Positions 9,770 to 19,516 of a stretch of 64,000 bases of DNA are shown in pieces. The DNA is from Spirochaetales bacterium (GTDB lineage Bacteria; Spirochaetota; Spirochaetia; JABEVK01), in the NCBI GenBank assembly GCA_037142615.1, contig JBAXAI010000015.1, forward strand, positions 1 to 64,000. Direction: 5' to 3'. The first letter of the stretch is position 1, and the number at the start of each line of letters is the position of its first letter. Both the position numbers and the translations under genes were made by a program. The notes below the pieces were generated by a model. That model ran no database searches, had not been told where the DNA came from, and saw only the letters and a program-made list of their open reading frames with translations.

Positions 9770-10389
9770 GTGCCAGAGGAATTGGCGGCTAGCGCGACGA
9801 GTGCCGACCACAGTTTGTCGCCTTCGGGCGGCTGGGCCTGCACATGAACCAACCTCTGGGTGAACGGGTGCTCGAAGGTCAAGCTCCGTGCGAGCAGGCT
9901 GATGCCTCCGCCCTGGTTGGAACGCGGTGCGCCGTACTTGAGGTCGCCTTTGACGGGACTGCCGGCGGCGGCGAACTGGGCACGGATCTGATGCGTGCGC
10001 CCTGTGCCGAGGATGATTTCATACAGGGTATACCGATCTCCCTGCGCAAGAAGCTTATAGTCGAGCCAGGAGTCTTGGCGCCCGGGGGCGGCATCACGGT
10101 GAGCGAAGGTCTTGTTGCCCTGCTGGCGGTGTTCCAGCCAATGCCTCAGGCGACCTTCGGGCTTCGGCAGCGGGTTGGCCACAAGGGCCCAGTACACCTT
10201 TTGCACACCCCGGTCGGCAAACAACGCCGAACCAGCTTCGAGGGCGCGGGGGGTCTTGCCCAACAGCAACACGCCGCTGACGGGGGTATCGAGTCGGTGG
10301 ATCACCTGGCCGGCGAATGCCACCTCGACATCGACGCCGATGGACTTCACCACCGCCCGAAAGTCGTCGTCACCCCACAGTTCTAGCAT
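9766..10389 (-). CDS. RluA family RNA pseudouridine synthase
   Basis: HRLDTPVSG catalytic motif, KVYWALV, GTGRTHQIRAQ, PVKGDLKYG. Confidence 0.9.
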   Translation of the reverse strand: MLELWGDDDFRAVVKSIGVDVEVAFAGQVIHRLDTPVSGVLLLGKTPRALEAGSALFADRGVQKVYWALVANPLPKPEGRLRHWLEHRQQGNKTFAHRDAAPGRQDSWLDYKLLAQGDRYTLYEIILGTGRTHQIRAQFAAAGSPVKGDLKYGAPRSNQGGGISLLARSLTFEHPFTQRLVHVQAQPPEGDKLWSALVALAANSSGT

Positions 10390-10415
10390 GGCATATCTTA
10401 TGCTAAGCTGGCGCC

Positions 10416-11609
10416 ATGAGCAACACACCGGCCCGCGTGGCCCCCCGCCCGTCGCTTTTGCTGCTGGCCATCATCTACCTCGCTTTTGTCAGCCTGGGTC
10501 TGCCCGACAGCGTTCTGGGGGTTGCATGGCCTGCCATCCGCGCCAACCTGGCCCTTCCGTTGGAGCTGGCGGGAATCTTGGCTCTCGTTGGTACCCTGCT
10601 TTCGGCCCTATCGAGTTTCACGGTCGGCTCGCTGACCAAACGGTTCGGAACCGGTCCCATTGTGTTGGTCAGTTGCCTGCTGACGGCCTCAGGACTGCTC
10701 ATCTACAGTCAGGCCCCATCGTTCGTCTTTCTGATTCTCGCCGGGATTCCGCTGGGGCTCGGGGCCGGCGGTGTCGACTCAAGCTTAAACGCCTACGTGG
10801 CCAAACATTACAGCGCCAGGCACATGAACTGGCTCCACTCGTTTTGGGGAGTGGGCGCCACGATCGGCCCCGTCGTCATGACGGTTGCCATCGCCTCGCC
10901 AGCGTCGTGGAGGGCCGGCTACCTGACGATCGCGGCCGTGCAGCTCACCTTGGCCCTGCTATTTCTGGTCACCCAAGGCCTTTGGAAGCGCAATGACCGC
11001 CTGAACGACGTTCACTCCGAGGTCAGCGAGCAACGCGTGGGGATCAACGGGGCCAATTCGCTGGCCGCCTGGCTCTCGGTGGCCATCTACATGCTCTACG
11101 TCACCATCGAGTTCTCGGTGGGCCTGTGGTCGAACACCGTACTTGTGAGCAGCCGAGGCGTGGCGCCCGAAACCGCAGGCCTGTGGACAGCGGCCTACTA
11201 CGGTTCCATCATGGTGGGCCGCATCCTCACCGGCTTTGTCGTGCTCCGTTTTGGGAACAGGGCCATGGTCACTTTCGGGCTGTTGACGGCCTTGGTCGGT
11301 TCTGTGCTGTTCTTCGTGCAGGGCGTCTTCTGGTTGCCGCTGGTGGGCCTCGTGCTGTTGGGCCTTGGCTTTGCGCCCGTGTATCCGTGCCTGATGCATG
11401 AAACCCCCGGACGTTTCATCCCGGGAGCTGCCCACGTCGTGATCGGGCGACAGGTCGGTGGCAGTTACCTGGCCGGCGCAGCTCTGCCTGGCCTGCTTGG
11501 ATTGGCTTTGGCCCACGTTTCGTTGGAACTTCTCGCTCCAGCGCTGGGCTCGGTTCTGCTTTTGTTGCTGTTGCTGGTTCACCAGCTCAACCGACTCTCG
11601 AAAGTTTAG
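10416..11609 (+). CDS. MFS transporter (FucP-like)
   Basis: 12-TM pattern; IYLAFVSLGLPDS, MNWLHSFWGVGA, APVYPCLMHETP motifs. Confidence 0.9.
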   Translation: MSNTPARVAPRPSLLLLAIIYLAFVSLGLPDSVLGVAWPAIRANLALPLELAGILALVGTLLSALSSFTVGSLTKRFGTGPIVLVSCLLTASGLLIYSQAPSFVFLILAGIPLGLGAGGVDSSLNAYVAKHYSARHMNWLHSFWGVGATIGPVVMTVAIASPASWRAGYLTIAAVQLTLALLFLVTQGLWKRNDRLNDVHSEVSEQRVGINGANSLAAWLSVAIYMLYVTIEFSVGLWSNTVLVSSRGVAPETAGLWTAAYYGSIMVGRILTGFVVLRFGNRAMVTFGLLTALVGSVLFFVQGVFWLPLVGLVLLGLGFAPVYPCLMHETPGRFIPGAAHVVIGRQVGGSYLAGAALPGLLGLALAHVSLELLAPALGSVLLLLLLLVHQLNRLSKV

Positions 11610-11675
11610 TAAAAGAGTCTTGTACACAATGGGGATTTGTTTGGTAAACTCTAGGTGCGTGATCGGAGGCATTTA

Positions 11676-12959
11676 ATGAAGTTTCGTTGGGGAAGCGTCC
11701 TGGCGGCGCTCATCCTGTTCGGCTTGGTGGGCTGTCAAACCCCGCCGGTGCAGTTGTCACCATCCGAGCAGTGGATCAAAGACAACTTGTCGGTGCGCGA
11801 AAAGTCCGACGTTCTGGTCGACAAGGGCACCGCGCTCTACGCCCAGATGCTGGACGAAGATTCGCTGAAGTACATTGCCAAGATCAAAACGATCCTGGAA
11901 ACCGCGCTAAAAGCGGACCCCGCCAACCAGCGGGCTTCCGAGGCGCTCAAGACGCTCGACACTTTTGTCACCAAGCGCCAAACGGATGCGCAAAACAAGG
12001 TCAAGGTTCTGACGGCCAAGTCGGCAGCGACCCTGTCGGAAAAAGAAAAATACGACCTGGTGGTCGTCTTTCAACAACTTCAGCTGCTGGCGCCACCTAA
12101 CTTCGACCTAAAGAAACTCAATGACCAGGTGACACCCATTCGTACCGAGGTCGTCAAGACCAAGTCGGCGAACATCCAGGACTACGAGACCAAACTCCAG
12201 AATCCGAAGTTCGAGTCGTCGGCCGGCAAAATGGTCAGCCTCATGCACGACGAAATCGTTTCCTTGCAGGTGGTCGACCCGACCAACGCGGGCGCCAAAG
12301 CGGCCACCGACTGGCTCGACAAGTTTTTGGTTGCCCGCAACCAGACGGACCTGGAGGCCGCCAAAAAGGCCTACGCAGCCAAGGACTACAGCACGGCCGC
12401 CAAGACGGCTGGTCGGGTCGAACAATCCCTGGCAGGTATCGGGAGCGACAACACCGGCGAAGTCGATGCGCTGCTCTACAAAGTCTACTTCGACTGGGCG
12501 AAGGACCTGCTCACGGCCAAGAAGTACGGCGAGGCCACCAGCCGCGTTGGCGAGGCCCTCAACCTCAACTCCACGGCCGAGGCTCTCGACCTGCGCGACA
12601 AGATCGCCAAGGCCAGCCTGACGCGTGACTACGACGCGGAATACGACTCCATCGACAAGCAGCTTGCCTCGCTCATCGCTGCCGGCGACCTCAAGACCGC
12701 CTGGAACCTTGCCAACAGCACGGGCAACCAACTCAAAAAAGAAGACACCAAGACCAAGCTTTCGGGTCGCAAGAAACAAATCCTCGACGCGACCCACGCG
12801 CTGTACGACGCCGCTGTCGCTTCCTACGGCGACGAAGACTACCGCGAAGCCAAGCTCGGTTTTGATGTCGTGGTCGCCATCGACCCTGCCTGGCAGCTGG
12901 TCAAATCCTACCAAGACAAGGCAAAAGCCAAACTTCAAGCCCTGGGAGGCAAACCGTGA
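11676..12959 (+). CDS. Helical/TPR-like lipoprotein
   Basis: GGAGG RBS, lipobox LVG-C, TPR-like segments (AKKAYAAKDYSTA, YREAKLGFDVVVAIDP). Confidence 0.75.
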   Translation: MKFRWGSVLAALILFGLVGCQTPPVQLSPSEQWIKDNLSVREKSDVLVDKGTALYAQMLDEDSLKYIAKIKTILETALKADPANQRASEALKTLDTFVTKRQTDAQNKVKVLTAKSAATLSEKEKYDLVVVFQQLQLLAPPNFDLKKLNDQVTPIRTEVVKTKSANIQDYETKLQNPKFESSAGKMVSLMHDEIVSLQVVDPTNAGAKAATDWLDKFLVARNQTDLEAAKKAYAAKDYSTAAKTAGRVEQSLAGIGSDNTGEVDALLYKVYFDWAKDLLTAKKYGEATSRVGEALNLNSTAEALDLRDKIAKASLTRDYDAEYDSIDKQLASLIAAGDLKTAWNLANSTGNQLKKEDTKTKLSGRKKQILDATHALYDAAVASYGDEDYREAKLGFDVVVAIDPAWQLVKSYQDKAKAKLQALGGKP

Positions 12960-15187
12960 AGAAACCCCTCAAATGGATCGATGCTCTGTCCAGCCTCCTG
13001 CTCGTAGGCTGGTACTTCCTGCCCCTGACGGCATCACCAGCCGCCAACGGACTGGCACCGCTGACCGGCCCCGCGCTTCAAGCCCTGTTTGCCGCAAACC
13101 CTGCGACAACCGGATTCGCAACCATATTGTTGGCCTCTTGGCTTATCCCCTTGTTTGTGGCCTTCCGAGTTGCGGCCCTGTTCGTGCCCGAGAGCCTTGG
13201 GTTTGTCGCCAACCCCTTGGGTTGGGCTGCCTCGGTGTTGCGCTTCGTGACCAGCGGACTGCTGGTCGTGGCGGTCCTTGTCCCCTTCTCGCTCTGGGGC
13301 GACAATCCCCAGTGGTACTTGGCCCTCCCCGTGACGACCTGGGTTTTGCTTGGGGTCGGAATGGTGCTGAATGTGTTTGCGTTGGCGGGCTTCGTCGATA
13401 GCCTCAATCACGGCAACAAAGTCTACAGCGAATATCAGCAGTTCATGCGAACAGGTCGTGGAAAGGTTGCCTCGGGTGCCAAAGTCTCACCCGTTCAGGC
13501 AGTCCTCGACGGGGCCCTCAAGATCCGAGCCAAACTGCTCTTGGCGTTTATCGCGATCATCGCGGTGATCCTGCTCATCCTCAGTTCCAACCTGCTGTCC
13601 AATTACCAGAAGACCATCCTGAAGGCCGTCGGCGATGGCGCCCAGTCGGGCGTGGAACAGGCCACTTCAGCCTTCAAGTCGGCAGTCGGCGGCGAAACCG
13701 CCATTGTGATCGACGAGTTCTTCATTGGCCTCAACAAGGTTAACGCCAAGGCGGCCTTCCCCTTCCGCAGCTTTGTCTTCTACACCGATCTCCAAAGCCA
13801 GTACCTGCTCGACAAGAAGGAGGGCCTGCCACCGGCATTGAACGCGGCCTACGCCAACAGCAAGGGGAGTTTCGCTGCACTGACTCCGACCCAAGTGGCC
13901 GCCTACCTCGATCCGGTGAACGCGGCAGGCCTGTACGACGCTGCCACCAACACGTACTCGTACGCCGGAGCCATCACCATCAATCAGTCCGAAAAGCTGG
14001 CCGACGGGAGCAAGGTCAAGCACGAGCGGTTGCTCGGGTTGGCGGTCGTCACCTTCGACGAAGACGTGATCTTGGCCCCCTACGTGCAGACCCGTACCAT
14101 TGTCTTCATCCTGACTTTCCTGTTTCTCTACTTCGCCATCGCGTTGGTCTTCATTGTGGGAAACTTCATCGTCAATCCGTTGCTGTTCCTGCGGATGAAC
14201 GTTCGCAACGCGTCCGAGACCCTGGAGTCGATGATCCGGGGTCAGGCCCGTGTTGCCGCTTCCTCGCTTCAGTTCGCCGACACGGTCAACACCCGCGACG
14301 AGATCAAGACCCTCTCGGGTGAAATCGGCAACATGGTGACGATCATTCGCGGGATCATCCCTTACATTTCTGCTTCGACTCTCAAACAGGCCGAAAAGGG
14401 AACCACCATTTCAGAGCGCCGCAACCTGACCTTCCTTTTCACGGATATCCGTGGGTTCACCACCATGAGCGAAGGCATGACTCCCGAAGAGGTTGTCCAG
14501 GTGCTCAATCGCTACCTCGACCTCGAAACGGAAATCATCCTGCAAAACCACGGCGACGTCGACAAGTTTGTCGGTGACGAAATGATGGCGTTCTTCGACG
14601 GCCCCGAAAAGGAGCTCAACGCGTGCAGGGCGGCCATGCAGATCCGCAAAGCCATGTTCGACGAAAAAGTGCTTCGCGAAAAGCAGGGGTTGCCCTCGGT
14701 AGAAATCGGAATCGGCATCAATACGGGAGACGTGGTCTTTGGCTCGATGGGGGCCCGGGAGCGCATGGACTTCACCAGCATCGGTGACACGGTGAATCTG
14801 GCAGCCCGCCTCGAAGGCGCGAACAAGGCCTATTCCTCCAAGTCCATGATCGCCGAAAGTGTGTACCTGCAGGTCCAGGACAAGTTTGTCTGCCGCGAAC
14901 TCGACTTCATCGCCGTGAAAGGCAAGACCGAACCGGTGCGCATTTACGAGATTCTGCAGGAAAAGGAAACCGCGAATGCCAAGCTGGCCTTGATTGCCAA
15001 GACCTTCGGGGAGGCGCTTACCGCCTATCGGGCCCAGGACTGGAAGACTGCGGGCCCGATATTTCAGAAGCTGGTGGACGAGTATCGCGATGAGCCGGCG
15101 AAGGTTTTCGTGGGCCGCATCCGCCACTTCGAGAAGAATCCCCCGGCCCACGATTGGGACGGGGTCTTCCGAATGGATGTAAAGTAG
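12956..15187 (+). CDS. Membrane-bound class III adenylate/guanylate cyclase
   Basis: FTDIRGFT, DKFVGDEMMAFF, GIGINTG, IGDTVNLAARLE, VKGK; N-terminal TMs, periplasmic loop, HAMP-like linker, C-terminal TPR-like tail. Confidence 0.92.
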   Translation: MKKPLKWIDALSSLLLVGWYFLPLTASPAANGLAPLTGPALQALFAANPATTGFATILLASWLIPLFVAFRVAALFVPESLGFVANPLGWAASVLRFVTSGLLVVAVLVPFSLWGDNPQWYLALPVTTWVLLGVGMVLNVFALAGFVDSLNHGNKVYSEYQQFMRTGRGKVASGAKVSPVQAVLDGALKIRAKLLLAFIAIIAVILLILSSNLLSNYQKTILKAVGDGAQSGVEQATSAFKSAVGGETAIVIDEFFIGLNKVNAKAAFPFRSFVFYTDLQSQYLLDKKEGLPPALNAAYANSKGSFAALTPTQVAAYLDPVNAAGLYDAATNTYSYAGAITINQSEKLADGSKVKHERLLGLAVVTFDEDVILAPYVQTRTIVFILTFLFLYFAIALVFIVGNFIVNPLLFLRMNVRNASETLESMIRGQARVAASSLQFADTVNTRDEIKTLSGEIGNMVTIIRGIIPYISASTLKQAEKGTTISERRNLTFLFTDIRGFTTMSEGMTPEEVVQVLNRYLDLETEIILQNHGDVDKFVGDEMMAFFDGPEKELNACRAAMQIRKAMFDEKVLREKQGLPSVEIGIGINTGDVVFGSMGARERMDFTSIGDTVNLAARLEGANKAYSSKSMIAESVYLQVQDKFVCRELDFIAVKGKTEPVRIYEILQEKETANAKLALIAKTFGEALTAYRAQDWKTAGPIFQKLVDEYRDEPAKVFVGRIRHFEKNPPAHDWDGVFRMDVK

Positions 15188-15188
15188 A

Positions 15189-15812
15189 CTACTTCTTGGC
15201 GGCGGAAGCTGCCTGCTGCACGAAGGAATCGACCTTGGAGCTCGTGGTATCGATGTCAGCCAAGATGTTGTTGAGCCGGGCTTCCTGAACCTTGGTCCGC
15301 GAAATGGTGGCTTGGAGCAACACGATGTCGTCGTTGTTCCGGCCGATTTTCGCGTTGTCGACGGCAACCTGGAACACGAGCGTCTCGATCTGCTTCGGTA
15401 AAGCGACAATGAGAGCCGATAGTTCATCGATCTTGGTCTTTACCTTCTTCTCGGCAGCCCTGTTCTTGTCCATGGCGTTGAGGGCCTTGGCCTTGAGAAC
15501 CCGGTCGATCAGTTCGTCGGTGATCGTCGCCAGTTCTGAGATCCGGGCACGGACCTCTTCCATCAACGGGACAAAGTCGTCCATCGATTTCTTTGCCGCG
15601 ATGATCTGGTCGGTGACTACGCCGGCCTGTTTGCGCAACGACGAAGCATCGGCCGCAAGGCTTTCGTTCTCCTTCACCAAGGTATCAACCAAGGTCTGAG
15701 CTGTGGACATGTCCACATAAGGAATGGCCCCGGTATTATCGGCAGCCATGGCAGGCGACGCTGCCAGTCCGGCGATGAGCACAACGGCCCAACCCGCTCT
15801 TCTGTAATTCAT
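15189..15812 (-). CDS. Hypothetical exported coiled-coil protein
   Basis: Signal peptide ending AMA, heptad-rich body, GAGGG RBS. Confidence 0.75.
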   Translation of the reverse strand: MNYRRAGWAVVLIAGLAASPAMAADNTGAIPYVDMSTAQTLVDTLVKENESLAADASSLRKQAGVVTDQIIAAKKSMDDFVPLMEEVRARISELATITDELIDRVLKAKALNAMDKNRAAEKKVKTKIDELSALIVALPKQIETLVFQVAVDNAKIGRNNDDIVLLQATISRTKVQEARLNNILADIDTTSSKVDSFVQQAASAAKK

Positions 15813-15820
15813 ATTCCCTC

Positions 15821-17038
15821 CTAAGATTGTCGATAGTCTTCCAGAAACTCTTCGAGTCCGTCCAAGGCCGACATGAGGTCTTCGACACTGGGCAGAAACA
15901 CGATGCGGAAGTGGTCAGGATGGGGCCAGTTGAAGCCCCGCCCTTGAACCAACAGCACCCGCTTGGCGACGAGAAAGTCATAAATGAACTTCTGGTCATC
16001 GTGGATACCGAACTTTTGGATATCGATCTTGGGAAAGCAGTAGAGGGCGGCCTTAGGTGTGACACACGAAAGGCCTGCAATGGAATTGACGCGGTGGGCA
16101 CAGTAGGTCCGCTGCTCGAAAAGCCGCCCCCCTGGCTTGGTGAGATCGTTAATGCTCTGGTAGCCACCCAGCGAAGTCTGGATGGCGTACTGGGCTGGAA
16201 CATTGGAGCACATGCGCATGTTCGACAGCATGTCGAGCCCCTCGCGGAAGGTACCGGCCAACTTCTTGTTGCCCGACAGGTACATCCAGCCCGAGCGGAA
16301 GCCTGCCGCGCGGTAGCTCTTCGAAAGGCCGTTGAAGGTCAGGAACAGCACGTCGTCAGCCAGACACGCCATCGAGTAGTGAGCGTCGCCGTCGTAAATG
16401 ATCTTGTCGTAAATCTCGTCGGAAAAGACCAGCAGACCGTGCTTGCGGGCCAATTCGATGATCCCTTCCAGCACCGCCTTCGGGTAGATCGCGCCGGTTG
16501 GATTGTTCGGGTTGATCACCACGATCCCTTTGGTCTTGTCCGTGATCTTGGCTTCCATGTCTTTGAGGTCAGGAATCCAACCGCTCGCTTCGTCACACAG
16601 GTAGTGAACCGCCCTGCCGCCTGCCAAATGGGTACTGGCCGTCCAAAGCGGGTAGTCGGGCGCAGGAATCAGCAGTTCGTCGCCATTGTTGAGGAACGCC
16701 TGCAACGAGAGCGTAATCAGCTCGCTGACCCCATTCCCAATCCAGACGTCATCGATTTCGACGCCACGAATCCCTTTTTCCTGGGAGTACTGCATCACCG
16801 CCTTGCGGGCGGCGAAAATCCCCTTCGAATCTGAGTACCCTTGGGCATTGTTCATGTTGAGGATCATGTCGCGTACCACTTCTTCCGGGGCGTTGAACCC
16901 GAAAGGAGCTGGATTGCCGGTGTTGAGTTTGAGAATGCGGTAGCCTTCAGATTCCATCTTCATGGCTTTGACGAGGGCCTCACCGCGGATGTCGTAGAGC
17001 ACATTGTCGAGCTTGTGGCTTTTTTGAAACTTCTCCAT
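15821..17038 (-). CDS. alaA: Glutamate-pyruvate aminotransferase AlaA/AlaT
   Basis: KSHKLDNVLYDIRG, KLNTGNPAPFGF, NPNNPTG, DEIYDK, NGLSKSYRAAGFRSGW, PDHFRIVFLP. Confidence 0.92.
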   Translation of the reverse strand: MEKFQKSHKLDNVLYDIRGEALVKAMKMESEGYRILKLNTGNPAPFGFNAPEEVVRDMILNMNNAQGYSDSKGIFAARKAVMQYSQEKGIRGVEIDDVWIGNGVSELITLSLQAFLNNGDELLIPAPDYPLWTASTHLAGGRAVHYLCDEASGWIPDLKDMEAKITDKTKGIVVINPNNPTGAIYPKAVLEGIIELARKHGLLVFSDEIYDKIIYDGDAHYSMACLADDVLFLTFNGLSKSYRAAGFRSGWMYLSGNKKLAGTFREGLDMLSNMRMCSNVPAQYAIQTSLGGYQSINDLTKPGGRLFEQRTYCAHRVNSIAGLSCVTPKAALYCFPKIDIQKFGIHDDQKFIYDFLVAKRVLLVQGRGFNWPHPDHFRIVFLPSVEDLMSALDGLEEFLEDYRQS

Positions 17039-17040
17039 GG

Positions 17041-17415
17041 CTATCCCTTGCTCAAAACGCAGTCAATCTCGACCTTGGCACCCAAAGGCAGGGCCGAAAC
17101 CTCGACCGTCGTACGGGCCGGCTTGCCGGGGAAGTATTCGGCGTAAACGGCGTTCATGGCCGCGAAGTCAGCAAAGTCGGTCAAGAAGACCCCACAACGG
17201 ACGGCGTGGCCCAGCGTTGTTCCAGCGGCGGCGGCAACGGCCTTGAGGTTCTCGAGCGCACGCCTTGTCTGCACGGTGATGTCCCCTTCCACCAGCTTCA
17301 TCGTCGCGGGATCCAAGGGCACTTGACCCGAGCACCACACCAAACCACCCGCTTCTATCGCCTGAGAATAGGGTCCGATGGCGGCCGGCGCATGTTCGCT
17401 ATGAATGACGGTCAT
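17041..17415 (-). CDS. ridA: RidA reactive-intermediate deaminase
   Basis: APAAIGPYSQA, SGQVPLDP, FAAMNAVY, PARTTVEVSALP. Confidence 0.92.
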   Translation of the reverse strand: MTVIHSEHAPAAIGPYSQAIEAGGLVWCSGQVPLDPATMKLVEGDITVQTRRALENLKAVAAAAGTTLGHAVRCGVFLTDFADFAAMNAVYAEYFPGKPARTTVEVSALPLGAKVEIDCVLSKG

Positions 17416-18239
17416 GAAGTACCTCCCGGTGCCGGTGCCGCCAACCAAGTGCGGGCGTCCTGAATGAGCTTACCCATGAACAACACAAGGATCACGGTTT
17501 CCTTGAGTTTATCGAGGTGGGCCACCCATTCTTTATCGGTCAGTCCGGCGGCCAGCACGGCCTTTTTCTGGTCATAATTGACATTTTGCTCCACATCCGA
17601 GGCTCGGAGCGTATCGATCAGGTAGAGCGAGAGCAGTTCCAGGGCCGGTTCGAGCCGGTCGCCAAGCAAGTTTTGCAGTTCGTTGCGACTTCGGTCTCGC
17701 TCATTGCCAAGCAGCCCGGCGAAAGCCAGCGACCAACGGATCCACGGACCGTCAGCACCGGTCTTGCGGTTGGTGGCATAGGGTCGCAAGAAACTCTCGA
17801 CCTCAGCACTTTGGCCCTCAAGAACGAGTGGAAGTGCCAAACTGAGCGCCAACTGAGGCAGGTAGGGAATCTTCTTTTCCATGTAGAGAACCCGAAGCTC
17901 GGTGAGCTTGCTCGGTACTTGGCCAATCAGGCACGCATTGATGTAAATGCGCGACGAGGATAGCGACAACCGTCCCTTCCGGGCCAGTTCTGCTTCCAAG
18001 TGGACCTTAAGTCCGGGCCAGTCTTCCCTCTCGAGCAGGGTGTACAGGCGCCAATGAGCTAAGAAGTACCCGTCAAGAGCTGCAAGAACAGCTACAAAAA
18101 CGAACGCAATTGGCCAGTTTTGTCCCCAAAAACTCACGGCGTACGCCCAACCCAAGATGGGGAGGGGCATGAGAAAAATGAAGGCGAATGAGAGGACAAT
18201 GATCAGGTTGAACAGGAAGAAAACAGTCCGAAACTTCAC
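17412..18239 (-). CDS. Hypothetical protein with 2 N-terminal TM and helical cytoplasmic domain
   Basis: 275-aa ORF starting MKFRTVFFLFN, translationally coupled to ridA. Confidence 0.8.
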   Translation of the reverse strand: MKFRTVFFLFNLIIVLSFAFIFLMPLPILGWAYAVSFWGQNWPIAFVFVAVLAALDGYFLAHWRLYTLLEREDWPGLKVHLEAELARKGRLSLSSSRIYINACLIGQVPSKLTELRVLYMEKKIPYLPQLALSLALPLVLEGQSAEVESFLRPYATNRKTGADGPWIRWSLAFAGLLGNERDRSRNELQNLLGDRLEPALELLSLYLIDTLRASDVEQNVNYDQKKAVLAAGLTDKEWVAHLDKLKETVILVLFMGKLIQDARTWLAAPAPGGTS

Positions 18240-18333
18240 CTAGACGCTCCCGGGGAGGAAATACCGGGTCCGCCCCTTGCTTTTACCTGTTCCAGTGTAG
18301 ATAATTAATGCACATGGGTCAACGGAGTCCGAT

Positions 18334-19500
18334 ATGAAAACCATTCCCATCCAAACACTCAAGCCGAACTCCATCCTTACCGGCACCGTTTTTCTGGATG
18401 AACAGTTTATTCTTCTCACCCCCGAAACTCCCGTCACGGAAACCATGTTGCGGCTCCTGAAGGAGTGGGGCTTCAAGAACCTTCAGGGAGAGGGTTCGCT
18501 CAGCGTACGCAGCGGTCTGGAGGCAGAAGCTCCGGAGGCAAGCGCCGGCCATTTGCAGGATGATGCCGAGGAGACGGCCAGCCGCGAAGAGACTCAGAAG
18601 TTCTATTCGAGCATCTTGGAGTTCACCCACAAGCTCTACGACACCTTCATGAAGCGCAACTTGATCCCCATCGAACCACTTACCGATCAGGTGAAAGTGA
18701 TGATGGCCGTGATGCGCAAGCACAAGCGGCATCTGCTGAACTTGAGTGAGCTTGACCGCAGCGGTTTTTCCTACATCGTCAGCCACTCGGTCAACGTGGC
18801 GGTCCTGTCCGTGGCTATTGGGGATACGCTCAAGTTGCCTTCGCACAAGATGATTGAGCTCGGAATGGCCGGCTTGTTGCATGAATTGGGTATGTTCAAG
18901 CTCCCAGACAACTTCCAGAACGCCAACCGCTCTCTTACCGACACGGAAAAGCGGGCCCTTTCGGCTCACCCGTTGCTCGGCTACCGAACGCTGCGCGATC
19001 TGGGTTTTCCTCCGAACGTAACGCTGGCTGTGCTTGAGCACCACGAAAAAGAAGACGGTTCGGGGTATCCGCAGGGCCTTACGGGCGACAAGATCGCCAT
19101 GAGCGCCAAAATCCTTGCGGTAGCGAGCGCCTACGATGCGCAGATTACTTCCAGGCCTTTCCGCACTGCCCGCAACGGTCACGCGAGTATGCTGAACCTG
19201 CTGCAGGATATCCGCAAGTCCTACGATGAGCAGATTCTTCGGCGTCTGGTGTTCACTTTGAGCCTCTACCCCATCGGTTCCATTATTGAGCTGAAGAACG
19301 GCTGCCTTGCGGTGGTCAATGATGCGAACCCCGACGACTTCAAGCATCCCGACGTGAAAGTGCTTACCGACGAATCGAGAACGCCGCTGGCTGATTTCCA
19401 CGTGTTGCGCCTCGCCGAGCGGACCGACCTCGAGATACTCCGCGTGCTGAATTCCGACGAGGTCAAGCAACTCCGTGCCGATAAGATCATACCGGCGTAG
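18334..19500 (+). CDS. HD-GYP domain protein
   Basis: HSVNVA, LLHELG (HE in place of HD), HHEKEDGSGYPQGL, RPFR; C-terminal YPIGS domain. Confidence 0.9.
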   Translation: MKTIPIQTLKPNSILTGTVFLDEQFILLTPETPVTETMLRLLKEWGFKNLQGEGSLSVRSGLEAEAPEASAGHLQDDAEETASREETQKFYSSILEFTHKLYDTFMKRNLIPIEPLTDQVKVMMAVMRKHKRHLLNLSELDRSGFSYIVSHSVNVAVLSVAIGDTLKLPSHKMIELGMAGLLHELGMFKLPDNFQNANRSLTDTEKRALSAHPLLGYRTLRDLGFPPNVTLAVLEHHEKEDGSGYPQGLTGDKIAMSAKILAVASAYDAQITSRPFRTARNGHASMLNLLQDIRKSYDEQILRRLVFTLSLYPIGSIIELKNGCLAVVNDANPDDFKHPDVKVLTDESRTPLADFHVLRLAERTDLEILRVLNSDEVKQLRADKIIPA

Positions 19501-19516
19501 AACGCCGCGATGAGGT

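Noticed and set aside
10300-10389. In-frame deletion in the RluA N-terminus
   Set aside because: The segment before HRLD is short, but this loop varies naturally and all catalytic motifs are intact.
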